Assembly: GCA_045657285.1 (NCBI GenBank) | Contig: JAZOST010000007.1 | Location: 15,016 to 79,015 of the forward strand | DNA from: Christensenellaceae bacterium | GTDB lineage: Bacteria; Bacillota; Clostridia; Christensenellales; Borkfalkiaceae | DNA length: 64,000 nucleotides | Reading direction: 5' to 3' | Part shown: positions 1 through 8,766 of the stretch, one piece after another | Position numbering within the stretch: the stretch's first letter is position 1 | Layout of the letters: every line of letters begins with the position of its first letter | Notes under the pieces: model-generated | What the model was told of the DNA's origin: nothing | What the model saw: only the letters and a program-made list of their open reading frames with translations | Database searches by the model: none | Program-made: the position numbers and the translations under genes

Positions 1-350
1 AATGCGGAGTGAAAGTTTACGTTAAAAACCCTAATTAAGTCTTCTTTTAAGGTCGCGTCCGCAAAGCCTATTAAATCAACGCCTGCGTTGTTTACAAGAA
101 GGTCAACACCGCCATAAGTTTTTTCTATATCTTTATACATATTTTCTACGGCGTTTAGGTCGCTAAAATCAGCCTTAAAATAAGCAACTTTATCGGTGTA
201 GTTTGCGCTTAAAATTTCGTCTTTTAAAATAGAAATTCCGCCCGTGTCCTTACTATAATGACACAGAACGAAATATCCGTTATCTAGAAATTTTTTAACA
301 AGCGCCCTGCCTATTTTTCCGCTTGCGCCAGTAATTAATGCGGTTTTCAA
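1..350 (-). CDS. SDR-family oxidoreductase, N-terminal part (gene runs off the window start)
   Basis: Not in the ORF track because there is no stop in the window. Reverse translation from TTG at 350 gives (M)KTALITGASGKIGRALVKKF...LLVNNAGV, with the Rossmann TGxxxGxG and NNAG motifs. An AAGGTG SD lies 6 nt upstream. Confidence 0.75.
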   Translation of the reverse strand, partial: MKTALITGASGKIGRALVKKFLDNGYFVLCHYSKDTGGISILKDEILSANYTDKVAYFKADFSDLNAVENMYKDIEKTYGGVDLLVNNAGVDLIGFADATLKEDLIRVFNVNFHSA

Positions 351-361
351 AACTTTCACCT

Positions 362-394
362 TAAAAATTTGCCCGCAAAAAATTTTGCGGGCAA
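362..394 (-). terminator. Intrinsic terminator downstream of efp
   Basis: Arms ttgcccgcaaaa (369-380) and ttttgcgggcaa (383-394), followed by a T-run on the minus strand. Confidence 0.7.
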
Positions 395-410
395 TAAGTT
401 TATTTTAATA

Positions 411-971
411 TTAACCCTTAACGCGCTCCATATATTCGCCCGTTCTGGTGTCAACCCTAATAAGTTCGCCTTCATTTACGAACATAGGCACTTGAATTTT
501 TGCGCCAGTTTCTAAAATAGCGTCCTTAGTTGCGTTGGTTGCGGTATTACCCTTAACAGAGGGGTCTGATTGGGTCACGCGAAGTACTACGAAGTTTTCG
601 CATTCAACAGAGAAAGCGCTACCTTTATAGAATTTAACTATAACGTTATCGTTTTCTTTGATGTATTTTAATGCGTCTTCAACTTGTTCGTAGTTGAGCG
701 GTGTTAGATTGTATTCTTGGTCCATAAAGTAGTAAAGTTCGCCGTCGTTATAAGAATAGGTCATATTCTTGGTTTCAATGTGCGCTTCTTGAACTTTTTC
801 AGTGGGATTCCACGTTCTTTCTAAAACTGCGCCGGTTACAACGTTTTTCATTTTGGTTCTTACGAACGCTGCACCTTTACCCGGTTTAACGTGTTGGAAA
901 TCAACGATTGTGAAAATTCCGCTTTCGTATTCAAAAGTTACGCCTTTTCTGAATTCGCCTGCTTGTATCAT
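411..971 (-). CDS. efp: Elongation factor P
   Basis: 186 aa with a typical EF-P N-terminus and the [15 protein letters not shown] loop. pepP lies immediately upstream, as in many Firmicutes. Confidence 0.95.
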   Translation of the reverse strand: MIQAGEFRKGVTFEYESGIFTIVDFQHVKPGKGAAFVRTKMKNVVTGAVLERTWNPTEKVQEAHIETKNMTYSYNDGELYYFMDQEYNLTPLNYEQVEDALKYIKENDNVIVKFYKGSAFSVECENFVVLRVTQSDPSVKGNTATNATKDAILETGAKIQVPMFVNEGELIRVDTRTGEYMERVKG

Positions 972-993
972 AGTGTTTCTCCTTAAGATTTAT

Positions 994-2028
994 CTATTTT
1001 ATAATTTTTAATTCATTGCTATCTTTAGTTAGTCTTTTGACCGTGCCATCTAAATAAACGGTATCTTCTATTCTTATACCATATTCGCCGTCAAAATATA
1101 CGCCCGGCTCTATCGTAAACGCCGTACCGAAAGCAAACTTACCTTTCGCTTTTGGCGAAACGGACGGGTGTTCGTGTATCTCTAGCCCCAAACCGTGCCC
1201 TAAACTATGTGTGAAATTTTCGCCGTAGCCCTGCGCTTTTAGATAGTCCCTAGCGATTTCATCGCCCGCGGATAAATCTATATTTTCCTTTATATTTTCT
1301 ATCGCAAGTTCGTTCGCTTTTTTTACCGCGTTATAGCGCTTAATAAAAAGTTCATCTGGCTCACCGAAAAATGCCGTTCTAGTTATATCAGAGCAGTAGC
1401 CGTTATATACCGCACCCGTATCTATTAAAACGGGTTCGTTATTTTTTAACTTACGCTCGCTTGTTTTGTGGTGCGGAATTGCGGAATTAGAGCCGAATGC
1501 GACAATTGTAGAAAAACTTTCACCGCTTGCGCCCATTTTAAGATATTCCGCGTTAATAAATTTACTAATCTCTATTTCACTAACGCCTACTTTTAACTTT
1601 GAAAAGGCTTTTTCTACAACGCTTACTGCAATATCACAAGCCGTTTCAATGTTTTTAAGTTCAACTTTATCCTTTATAGAACGCGCTTTTTTTAGGTCGT
1701 CGGTGCCGTCTAAAATCTCCACGCCAAAAGTTTTATAAGTTTCATATTCGGTAAGAGTGGTTTTATCGTAATCAATGAATATAGAAGTTATGCCTTGTCT
1801 AATTATATAGTCTTTAACTTCTTCTTTTGACTTATATAATACAGGAACTAAATTGGCGCTTATTATATCTTCTTTTACCGCGAAAAAATATCTTGCATCA
1901 ACAAAGTATGCGGGGCGCTTGCAAATTAAAAGCAAGCCTTCATCAATATCTAAACCGCTAAATAATTTTCTATAATATAAGTCGGTAATTAAATAAGCGG
2001 AACATTCCCGCAAGTTTATTTTTTTCAC
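994..2028 (-). CDS. M24-family Xaa-Pro aminopeptidase
   Basis: 344 aa with metal-ligand motifs (HSLGHGLGLEIHE, TIEPG, IRIEDT) typical of the creatinase/prolidase fold. GTG start. Confidence 0.85.
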   Translation of the reverse strand: MKKINLRECSAYLITDLYYRKLFSGLDIDEGLLLICKRPAYFVDARYFFAVKEDIISANLVPVLYKSKEEVKDYIIRQGITSIFIDYDKTTLTEYETYKTFGVEILDGTDDLKKARSIKDKVELKNIETACDIAVSVVEKAFSKLKVGVSEIEISKFINAEYLKMGASGESFSTIVAFGSNSAIPHHKTSERKLKNNEPVLIDTGAVYNGYCSDITRTAFFGEPDELFIKRYNAVKKANELAIENIKENIDLSAGDEIARDYLKAQGYGENFTHSLGHGLGLEIHEHPSVSPKAKGKFAFGTAFTIEPGVYFDGEYGIRIEDTVYLDGTVKRLTKDSNELKIIK

Positions 2029-2037
2029 TTCTCGTAT

Positions 2038-2066
2038 ATTTTAACAAATTTTTTATATTTCGTCAA
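2038..2066 (-). promoter_or_regulatory. Sigma70-type promoter candidate for pepP-efp
   Basis: Minus strand reads TTGACG-17nt-TAAAAT with a TG extension. The -10 ends only 9 nt before the GTG start, so the transcript would be nearly leaderless. Confidence 0.4.
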
Positions 2067-2108
2067 TTCTTTCTCTTTATTTAATTTCTCTTTCTTTCTT
2101 ATTTAAAG

Positions 2109-2134
2109 AAAAAAACGGGGCTTCCCCCGTTTTT
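2109..2134. terminator. Bidirectional intrinsic terminator ending the phage-like operon
   Basis: Stem aacgggg/ccccgtt with a 4-nt loop, flanked by an A-run (2109-2115) and a T-run (2130-2134). Confidence 0.75.
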
Positions 2135-2147
2135 GCTATGTGCCTAT

Positions 2148-2204
2148 ATATGACTTTGTGCATTTTAATCACATAGCCCTGTTTTATAATATGACTTTAT
2201 GCAT
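2148..2204. repeat. 16-nt direct repeat pair downstream of the last island gene
   Basis: atatgactttgtgcat (2148-2163) and atatgactttatgcat (2189-2204) match at 15 of 16 positions with a 41-nt period. Confidence 0.6.
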
Positions 2205-2219
2205 ATTTTTAGTTAATTT

Positions 2220-3128
2220 TTATGACGTGGCTCTCATGTAGTATAGATAAACCATATCGTCGTGATAGTCGTCAAGATAAATTGCTAGTTTTGCTTCGTT
2301 TTTAAAGTCAGCATAAGCAGATGATGGACTCATTGTAGAATAATAACCTTCAATCACTTCAATTACCGCATCATAATAACCTAAATTAACAAGTTGCTCT
2401 TTACTTAGCCCCGTACTTTGAATAGTCATATACTTTAGTTTGAGCGTTGCCTTGCTTTGTTTAAGCGCATTATCATAGCGCTGAATTTTTTCATCTATGC
2501 TATTGTTATACTTAAACACTTCGCGAAGCGTTTTATCTTGTTCGGCTTTTAGTTCAACTATTTTAGCCTGCTTTTCCTTTTCAAAAAGTTCACCGTAATA
2601 TTCTTCTAGTCCATTAAATTCTGCTAAAACTGCGCTGTAAACTTCGTTTGCCTTTGCTATAATTTCGTTATTTTTTTGAACTACTAATTCGTATTCAACT
2701 TCGTACGGGTCTTGCGTTTCAGAATATTCGTAACCGTATATAATAGCGTAGTCTGAATCTAGGGTTATTTTGTCTTCCACAAGCCTATCAATCGCTTCTT
2801 TCTTTTGTATTTGATATTTAGCCTTAAGTGCGTCTATATTAGCCATTGCCGTTTCGTTAGCCGTCTCTATTCCTTTTTCCGCCACCGAAAGTCTTTCTGC
2901 TATCTTTTCCTTGGCTTTCATAAGTTTTTCTTCTTGAGAAGGCGCAAGTAAGGTTTCCGCTTTTAACACTATTTCTTCAGCAGTAAGTTCAGTAAACTGC
3001 ATTTTTGGAACGTTAAGAGATGACAATTCTTCTTCGTCAAATTCTGGTCTATGATATCTATAATACATAAACAACTCGTTAAGCGTTCTATACATTTCTT
3101 CTTTAGTCGTTGGTATCGTATATTGCAT
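2220..3128 (-). CDS. Hypothetical coiled-coil protein (phage-like island, last gene)
   Basis: ATG at 3128 with a GGAG SD, 2 nt after the upstream stop. About 302 aa with a K/E-rich heptad-like central region. I recognise no family. Confidence 0.6.
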   Translation of the reverse strand: MQYTIPTTKEEMYRTLNELFMYYRYHRPEFDEEELSSLNVPKMQFTELTAEEIVLKAETLLAPSQEEKLMKAKEKIAERLSVAEKGIETANETAMANIDALKAKYQIQKKEAIDRLVEDKITLDSDYAIIYGYEYSETQDPYEVEYELVVQKNNEIIAKANEVYSAVLAEFNGLEEYYGELFEKEKQAKIVELKAEQDKTLREVFKYNNSIDEKIQRYDNALKQSKATLKLKYMTIQSTGLSKEQLVNLGYYDAVIEVIEGYYSTMSPSSAYADFKNEAKLAIYLDDYHDDMVYLYYMRATS

Positions 3129-3130
3129 TT

Positions 3131-4375
3131 TTAATCTCCACACTGTCTATATTTTAGTTTGGCTTTTTCAACTGTAAAATCACTTGATAAATTTTGGAAT
3201 TTAATCGCGTAATTTTTTGAACCAATATTACATCTTACGGTGTTACAACCATTTTTAAGTAAAAAACCTTTTTCGCCAAAATCACCCGAAAATATTATTT
3301 CGCCACTGCCTTTTACGTGTATTTCAAAGCCAGTTATTATTTTGTTACCGCAATAACCTAAATCTTCGGTTAATATCAATTCTTGACTAGCATCAGTTAC
3401 TTTTTTTTGTGCTATTGAAAGTTTAACTAGTGCGTTGTTAGTCGTATTGATTGCTATTCCGTCATAATCAGAAAGTAATTTGTAATAGTCTGAAAGTATT
3501 TCTTCTCCTGTTAAAACGTTGTAGGCATAGGTGTAATTTATACCATCTAAAGTTAGGTTTATAAAATAATAACTTCCACTTGCACCAAAAGCCGTAAAAG
3601 TAACGCCTTTCATATCATCTATCATGGTTTTTCTAACATTAAGTTTTTCACCGTCAAATACACAAATTTTATTTTCGCTTATAAAACATAGTGCCTGCTC
3701 CCCTATCTTTATGGTGCTATTTTTAGTCGGCACAAACGGAAATAAATCAAGTTTTTTTAGTTCCTTAACTTTTTTGTCGTAACGAACTAAATATATTCCC
3801 GTTTCGTTCATATAATAGAGTTTATCTTTTAGAACAAATAATTTTACTACCCACGTAGAATCCTGTGGCAACGTTGACATATTGTCTTCTACTTCTAGTG
3901 AATTGCATGCGTTTACGTAATCAAATTTCTTAAAAACGTAAATATAGCACATGCTTGCCATATAAAATCTTCCTTTATAGTAGACAGCATGCGTCGCTCC
4001 CATATACGAATCTTCTCTTATTTCGTATTCATCAAACAATTTACTATACAAACTTGACGTAATTAAAAACACCTTGTGCATATTGCTTAAATATGCAGAT
4101 AAAACGTTAGGAACCATACTATGAATACCTGTATTCGTATCCATATAATCCATACCATCTATAGAATAATAAACTCTCCTATCTTTGCAATACGCAAAAA
4201 AACTGCCATCGTGTTTTATAATTCTATTAATATTAGCACGTTCTATACCGTTGCACGCAATACCCGAAAGTTTAAAATATTTTTTCCATATTTGTCTAGG
4301 GATAAATTCGTTGAGATTTTCAAGTATGTATTCGTGTTTTTTTACCGTTACTTTCTTTATTGCCCCAGCACTCAT
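3131..4375 (-). CDS. Hypothetical beta-rich protein (phage-like island)
   Basis: ATG at 4375 forms an ATGA overlap with the upstream stop and has an AGGGAG SD. About 414 aa, with aromatic/Gly-rich repeats that look like beta-strand blades. I recognise no family. Confidence 0.6.
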   Translation of the reverse strand: MSAGAIKKVTVKKHEYILENLNEFIPRQIWKKYFKLSGIACNGIERANINRIIKHDGSFFAYCKDRRVYYSIDGMDYMDTNTGIHSMVPNVLSAYLSNMHKVFLITSSLYSKLFDEYEIREDSYMGATHAVYYKGRFYMASMCYIYVFKKFDYVNACNSLEVEDNMSTLPQDSTWVVKLFVLKDKLYYMNETGIYLVRYDKKVKELKKLDLFPFVPTKNSTIKIGEQALCFISENKICVFDGEKLNVRKTMIDDMKGVTFTAFGASGSYYFINLTLDGINYTYAYNVLTGEEILSDYYKLLSDYDGIAINTTNNALVKLSIAQKKVTDASQELILTEDLGYCGNKIITGFEIHVKGSGEIIFSGDFGEKGFLLKNGCNTVRCNIGSKNYAIKFQNLSSDFTVEKAKLKYRQCGD

Positions 4376-4932
4376 AACCACGCTCTCCCTTTTATCTTCT
4401 TGCTAGTGGGAAGGGTAAAATTTTTAAGTGCGTCAGAATATCTTTCTCTCCACATAACTGCTTCTTCAAATCTCCATTCGGTAAGGCAATATTCAGCACA
4501 TACTCCAAAAGCAAGCACTGAAAGTGGTATATCTTTATCGCCGTAACCTATAACGTCGTCAAGCCCATAATTTTCAGGTAAATAACTATATTCTACTTCA
4601 AGAGTGTCGCCATAGGTTAAAATGTTTTCGCCCTCGCACATAAAAATTTTTTGTTCGCCAAGTTCGTCTATTACAGAAAGAATTTTAAGCGCCCTTTTCG
4701 TAAGCGAAGATATTAAAATTTTACCATTTACAACCTTTGCTTTTTCGCGCGTTTTCATAGGCACAAAAGAGCAAGCAAGTTCATTTACAACGAGATTAGT
4801 AAGCCTTGTAAGAATATCTACTTGCGTCAAAACGTCTGCTGACGGAGTTTCAGTTTTTCCTGATAAATATTCGGTAATTTCCGTTTTGTTTAAATAAGTA
4901 CATACTGCCACTATTACGTCTTTTATTTTCAT
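4372..4932 (-). CDS. Putative head-tail adaptor/head completion protein
   Basis: 186 aa, immediately after the capsid gene. The size, position and helical C-terminus (AEYCLTEWRFEEAVMWRERY) resemble gp6/gp15-type connectors. This is a weak family call. Confidence 0.4.
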   Translation of the reverse strand: MKIKDVIVAVCTYLNKTEITEYLSGKTETPSADVLTQVDILTRLTNLVVNELACSFVPMKTREKAKVVNGKILISSLTKRALKILSVIDELGEQKIFMCEGENILTYGDTLEVEYSYLPENYGLDDVIGYGDKDIPLSVLAFGVCAEYCLTEWRFEEAVMWRERYSDALKNFTLPTSKKIKGRAWL

Positions 4933-4953
4933 ATACTTCTCCTTATTAAAATA

Positions 4954-4980
4954 TACGCCGAACCATAATGGTTCGGCGTA
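4954..4980 (-). terminator. Strong intra-operon stem-loop just after the capsid gene (attenuator or stabiliser)
   Basis: Perfect 12-bp stem tacgccgaacca/tggttcggcgta with a 3-nt loop. The minus strand then reads tatatttta. Confidence 0.5.
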
Positions 4981-5001
4981 ATTGATTTTAGTTTGTTTTT
5001 A

Positions 5002-6168
5002 TTACGCTTCGGTAATACCGGTAATTACACCTTGGCCGTATGGCTTAGCGCAAATAAGTTCAGCGTATTTTACTAGAGTTGCCGTGTAAACGGGTTTGCC
5101 TGCAATTTGTTTAAGCACCTTGCCGTCTTCACCTTCAAGCCATTGCCAATCGCAAAGTTGATGTAAGGTAAAGTCAGCGGTATTAAGCATATACATAGTT
5201 CCTTCAGGACAGAATCTATCTGCAACGATAGGAATTCCGTTATAACTCATAGCCTTAAAGCCACCTGCAAGTTCCATTACGTTAATGTTTCTATTAGTTT
5301 CTGAAAGAAGGTTTTGAAGCGCCCTTCTTACACCCCAAGAGCAAACGATAAAGTCAACGGCTGAACCGCTTTTTTCTTCAATATCATCAAGCATCTTTTG
5401 CATAGTGTTTTCAGTAATAGCGCCAGAAAGTTTTAAAGTGGTCGGGTTAAGGAAAGCGTTGGTTTTTCTTGATAAACCATAAAGGTCTTTTTCAGTGTCA
5501 AAAATTGCTTTAAGACCAGTAATTTCGTTGCCAAATGAACCTTGAACGCACACTATACTACCAGCGGGTACAACGCCATCTGCAAGAAAGCCAGAAACGC
5601 TAACTTTTTTATTTACTCTATCAATAAAGGTAATTTTTTTGCTACCTAAAACAATTTCGCCGTCGGTAGAACGGAAGTCTATAATCATACCTTCAATAAG
5701 GTTTTTAACACTATCTACTACCACTGCGCCGTTTTCAATTTTGGTAACACTTGCAATTTCGCCAGTGCCGTCACCAAAAAGCATTCTGCCAAAGTTAAAG
5801 GTGCTTGATTTGATAAGTCCGTCCATTTCAGCGTTTAAAAGACTTACGAAAGCGCCAGAATTATTTTCAGATGCTCTTACGGCTTTATCTGAAATTTCAA
5901 TAGTGCCGTAAAGGTTTTTTAGGGTTGATACCATTTGCGCGTAATTATTAGACGACGCTTCGGGAAGGTTGCCGTCTTCAGTACCTGCACCGATACCGCC
6001 GTTCATACCATAAATAGCAAGTTTTTTTACTTCTTTGCCCCACACGTCTGACGTGCTTTGTTTAATTTTTGCAAAGAAAGGGTTTACGTTGTTGTTAAGT
6101 TGTTCTGATACCGCATCAAGATAATAACTTTTTAATGCGGAATCTGCATTAGTTAAATTTACTGCCAT
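5002..6168 (-). CDS. Phage major capsid protein
   Basis: 388 aa, directly after the scaffold gene. The sequence resembles Firmicute siphophage coat proteins (NLYGTIEISDKAVRAS, FNFGRMLFGDGTG). Confidence 0.75.
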   Translation of the reverse strand: MAVNLTNADSALKSYYLDAVSEQLNNNVNPFFAKIKQSTSDVWGKEVKKLAIYGMNGGIGAGTEDGNLPEASSNNYAQMVSTLKNLYGTIEISDKAVRASENNSGAFVSLLNAEMDGLIKSSTFNFGRMLFGDGTGEIASVTKIENGAVVVDSVKNLIEGMIIDFRSTDGEIVLGSKKITFIDRVNKKVSVSGFLADGVVPAGSIVCVQGSFGNEITGLKAIFDTEKDLYGLSRKTNAFLNPTTLKLSGAITENTMQKMLDDIEEKSGSAVDFIVCSWGVRRALQNLLSETNRNINVMELAGGFKAMSYNGIPIVADRFCPEGTMYMLNTADFTLHQLCDWQWLEGEDGKVLKQIAGKPVYTATLVKYAELICAKPYGQGVITGITEA

Positions 6169-6188
6169 AATTTCTCCGTTTTAATTTT

Positions 6189-6605
6189 TTATTTTGCAAG
6201 CAAATCTATTGCTAGCCTGCCCGCTTCTTCAATCGTTTTGGGACGGCTTACGGGTGTTTTAATACCCTTGCCAATGCCGTCTAATATAAGAGCGTCCGCT
6301 TTTAAGCCGATTACTTCTTTAAGGTATTCTTTCAATACTTCGTCTTTAGAAATTTCGGGTTTTTCTTTTTGGGAATTTTCGGGCGGAACTTTCGTTTTGT
6401 CGTCCGATTCTCTCGCTTCTAACTCTTTTATTCGCTGACAGCGTTTGGTAAATTCAGCCTGTAAAGAGTTGTATGCGTCAAGCAAGGCTTTCGCGTCTTT
6501 AAACTTTCCTAATGAGACCTTTTCTTCGCTTGCGCCGTTAGTTATATCTGCCGTTGCAGTTTGCGCCGTGGTTTCTTTGGTTTGTTCATTTTCGTAAGTT
6601 TGCAT
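6189..6605 (-). CDS. Phage capsid scaffolding protein
   Basis: 138 aa, acidic and helical, with the GKFKDAKALLDAYNSLQAEFTKR motif common in Firmicute phage scaffolds. It lies between the portal and capsid genes. Confidence 0.65.
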   Translation of the reverse strand: MQTYENEQTKETTAQTATADITNGASEEKVSLGKFKDAKALLDAYNSLQAEFTKRCQRIKELEARESDDKTKVPPENSQKEKPEISKDEVLKEYLKEVIGLKADALILDGIGKGIKTPVSRPKTIEEAGRLAIDLLAK

Positions 6606-8473
6606 TATTTTTCCTCCGATTGTGTTTCAATTTTTAATTTCGCTCTTTCTTTATGCTCTTTAAGGTGAGCGAACAACCTTGTTTTTTCGTCATATTTGAG
6701 TTCACTATACTCACTTAAAATATATCTTGTATGTTCGTCAATATGAATATTGTCGTCGTCAATTTCTTCAATAGGTAGACCGTTTGTACGAATTTTTTCA
6801 TTTTCTTCTTGCGCTTTTTCTTCTTGAAGTCTTGCAATACCTTTTTGATAGTCAAGGTCTTTATAGCCTAAAAGGGATAATAATTTTTCCTTAACTACTT
6901 CTCTAACTTTACCATCACTATCCGATAAAAGTCCGCTTTGGTATAACTTGAATAACATATCCTTTTTTTGAGCGTTAGAATATAAAAGTTCGTTTTCATT
7001 TTCAAGGTAAACGTCGTCTGACGCAAGCGCGTGCTTATTAGCGTAAATAGTTTTTATTTTACCGCGTTCGTTTAGCGTTTTTACCGCCCTAACACCCGCG
7101 CTAAACTGCGCGTAAAGTCTAACGCAATGCCTTGCGATAGAAAGATAGCAATTTCTAATAATTTCTGCAGTAACTACTAAACGCGCGTTGTCTTGTTCAA
7201 CTAAAATTTCAAGGGCAGTACCACTTGTAAGATTTGCGTTTGTTGAACTTGATGAAACGTCCGCCACGCCTGATACCGTTACAAATTCGTTAGCAAGTTT
7301 ATCTTCTTCGTCTGAAAAATCCTTCGGCATATCGCTACCAGCCATCATTTCGGGCGGATTAGCGCCTTGTCTATACACTAAAACTTTTCCTGGGCACAAG
7401 CCTTCGGTTTCTAAATCGTCAACGTCAACCGAGCCGTCTTCTACCGTCATTACTCCGTTTGAAAGCCTGTTTAAGAATTCGTGTTTTCTATTTTTTACGG
7501 CGTTAAATGCACGTTGAATAGGAATAAGCCTTTCTATTACGCTTGCGCCGAAAAAACTACCCGCAATTCTTAACGAAACTTGTTTTACAAAAGGATAAGA
7601 ACGCGTTTTATTATTTCCGTTAACATACGGCAATTCGCCGTAGTAAAGCACTTTGTCGCCCGCAACCGTAATAAGTCTGCCATTAGGATATTCCAGTGTG
7701 GGCTTTTCGTATCTTTCAATAACTATAACCGCGTCTTCTAAAATGCACGTATCCCTTTTATTAAGACCGCCTAAGTTAGTTTTAGTAAGCGAATAAATAT
7801 CAACGTCTTCACCTTTGATAAGTACGCCGTATTTATCGTAAACGTCCTTAACACGCAATGCTCTTGCGTGAATAATGCTACTGCAATCTTCTAAATCTTC
7901 CGAATATAAACTGTCGGGGAAAATTTCAAAAGGCGAAACGGCTAAAACTTCAACGTCACCTTCGTAAACGTTTTTGCCGTCAACTTCGCCTACCTTATTA
8001 CCGCCGTCGTTATTCCATAGAATTTTGTAAAAGCCCGTACCGCAAGTTTCGCTCCACATAGTAGTTTTTTCTACAGCGCTTTTAACTTCCGCTTTTTCAA
8101 AAACGGAGTTAATCATTTTTTCGGCAATACTTGCGCCCGAAACGTCGTCATCATCGTCAGACCTAGGTCTAACTGATATCACGGGTGAAATTTTAGAAAA
8201 TCTTGCAAGCCTTGTTTCTACGATAGGCGCAATGTGATTGAAAACTTCTCTTCTTTGCCAAAAAAACGTTTTGTCGTTATCTACGATTTCCCCACGTCCG
8301 TTGACGCTTACGTATTGATTGCCCGTAAGAAAATTCATATTTAGTTCCCAACTTCTTTCAAGCGATAATCTTTCTTTTTGTCTATTTTCAAAGTCTTCTT
8401 TAATCGCCAAAGCAAGGTCTTCTAAAAATTTCTCTTTTCGCTGTTCTTTTTGAGTTTTTAGTTGTTTTTTCAA
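6605..8473 (-). CDS. Phage portal protein
   Basis: 622 aa with TTG start and AAGGAG SD. The N-terminus WELNMNFLTGNQY is portal-like and the position after the terminase fits. The stop overlaps the scaffold ATG (TAATG). Confidence 0.8.
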   Translation of the reverse strand: MKKQLKTQKEQRKEKFLEDLALAIKEDFENRQKERLSLERSWELNMNFLTGNQYVSVNGRGEIVDNDKTFFWQRREVFNHIAPIVETRLARFSKISPVISVRPRSDDDDDVSGASIAEKMINSVFEKAEVKSAVEKTTMWSETCGTGFYKILWNNDGGNKVGEVDGKNVYEGDVEVLAVSPFEIFPDSLYSEDLEDCSSIIHARALRVKDVYDKYGVLIKGEDVDIYSLTKTNLGGLNKRDTCILEDAVIVIERYEKPTLEYPNGRLITVAGDKVLYYGELPYVNGNNKTRSYPFVKQVSLRIAGSFFGASVIERLIPIQRAFNAVKNRKHEFLNRLSNGVMTVEDGSVDVDDLETEGLCPGKVLVYRQGANPPEMMAGSDMPKDFSDEEDKLANEFVTVSGVADVSSSSTNANLTSGTALEILVEQDNARLVVTAEIIRNCYLSIARHCVRLYAQFSAGVRAVKTLNERGKIKTIYANKHALASDDVYLENENELLYSNAQKKDMLFKLYQSGLLSDSDGKVREVVKEKLLSLLGYKDLDYQKGIARLQEEKAQEENEKIRTNGLPIEEIDDDNIHIDEHTRYILSEYSELKYDEKTRLFAHLKEHKERAKLKIETQSEEK

Positions 8474-8475
8474 TT

Positions 8476-8766
8476 TTACTCTCCTTGGTTTTTTAATTCA
8501 CTGAGCAGTTTTTCTCTCTCTAATAAAAGTTCTTCATCCGTCATTTGAGTTACTGACGGGTTTTGGCTTTCTAAAAGCATTTTGAGTGCAGATAAATCTG
8601 GCGGAACGTTCTTTTTTGTGACTTTTTTCTTTATTAATTTTATTTCACCCTCTTCTCCTGCCGAATATTCTTCTATCACTTCAGTAGCGTCGTATCCTAA
8701 AGCCTTTTTGATTAAAACTTGCTCAAATTCATTTTTGCTTTTCTTTTTAGTTGTTTTTCCTTTCAT
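8476..8766 (-). CDS. Small terminase-like protein lacking an N-terminal HTH
   Basis: 96 aa. The central KKVTKKNVPPDLSALKMLLE resembles the PPD..A..(F)WLKN segment of small terminases, and the tail is a coiled coil. It overlaps the end of terL by 20 nt. Confidence 0.4.
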   Translation of the reverse strand: MKGKTTKKKSKNEFEQVLIKKALGYDATEVIEEYSAGEEGEIKLIKKKVTKKNVPPDLSALKMLLESQNPSVTQMTDEELLLEREKLLSELKNQGE

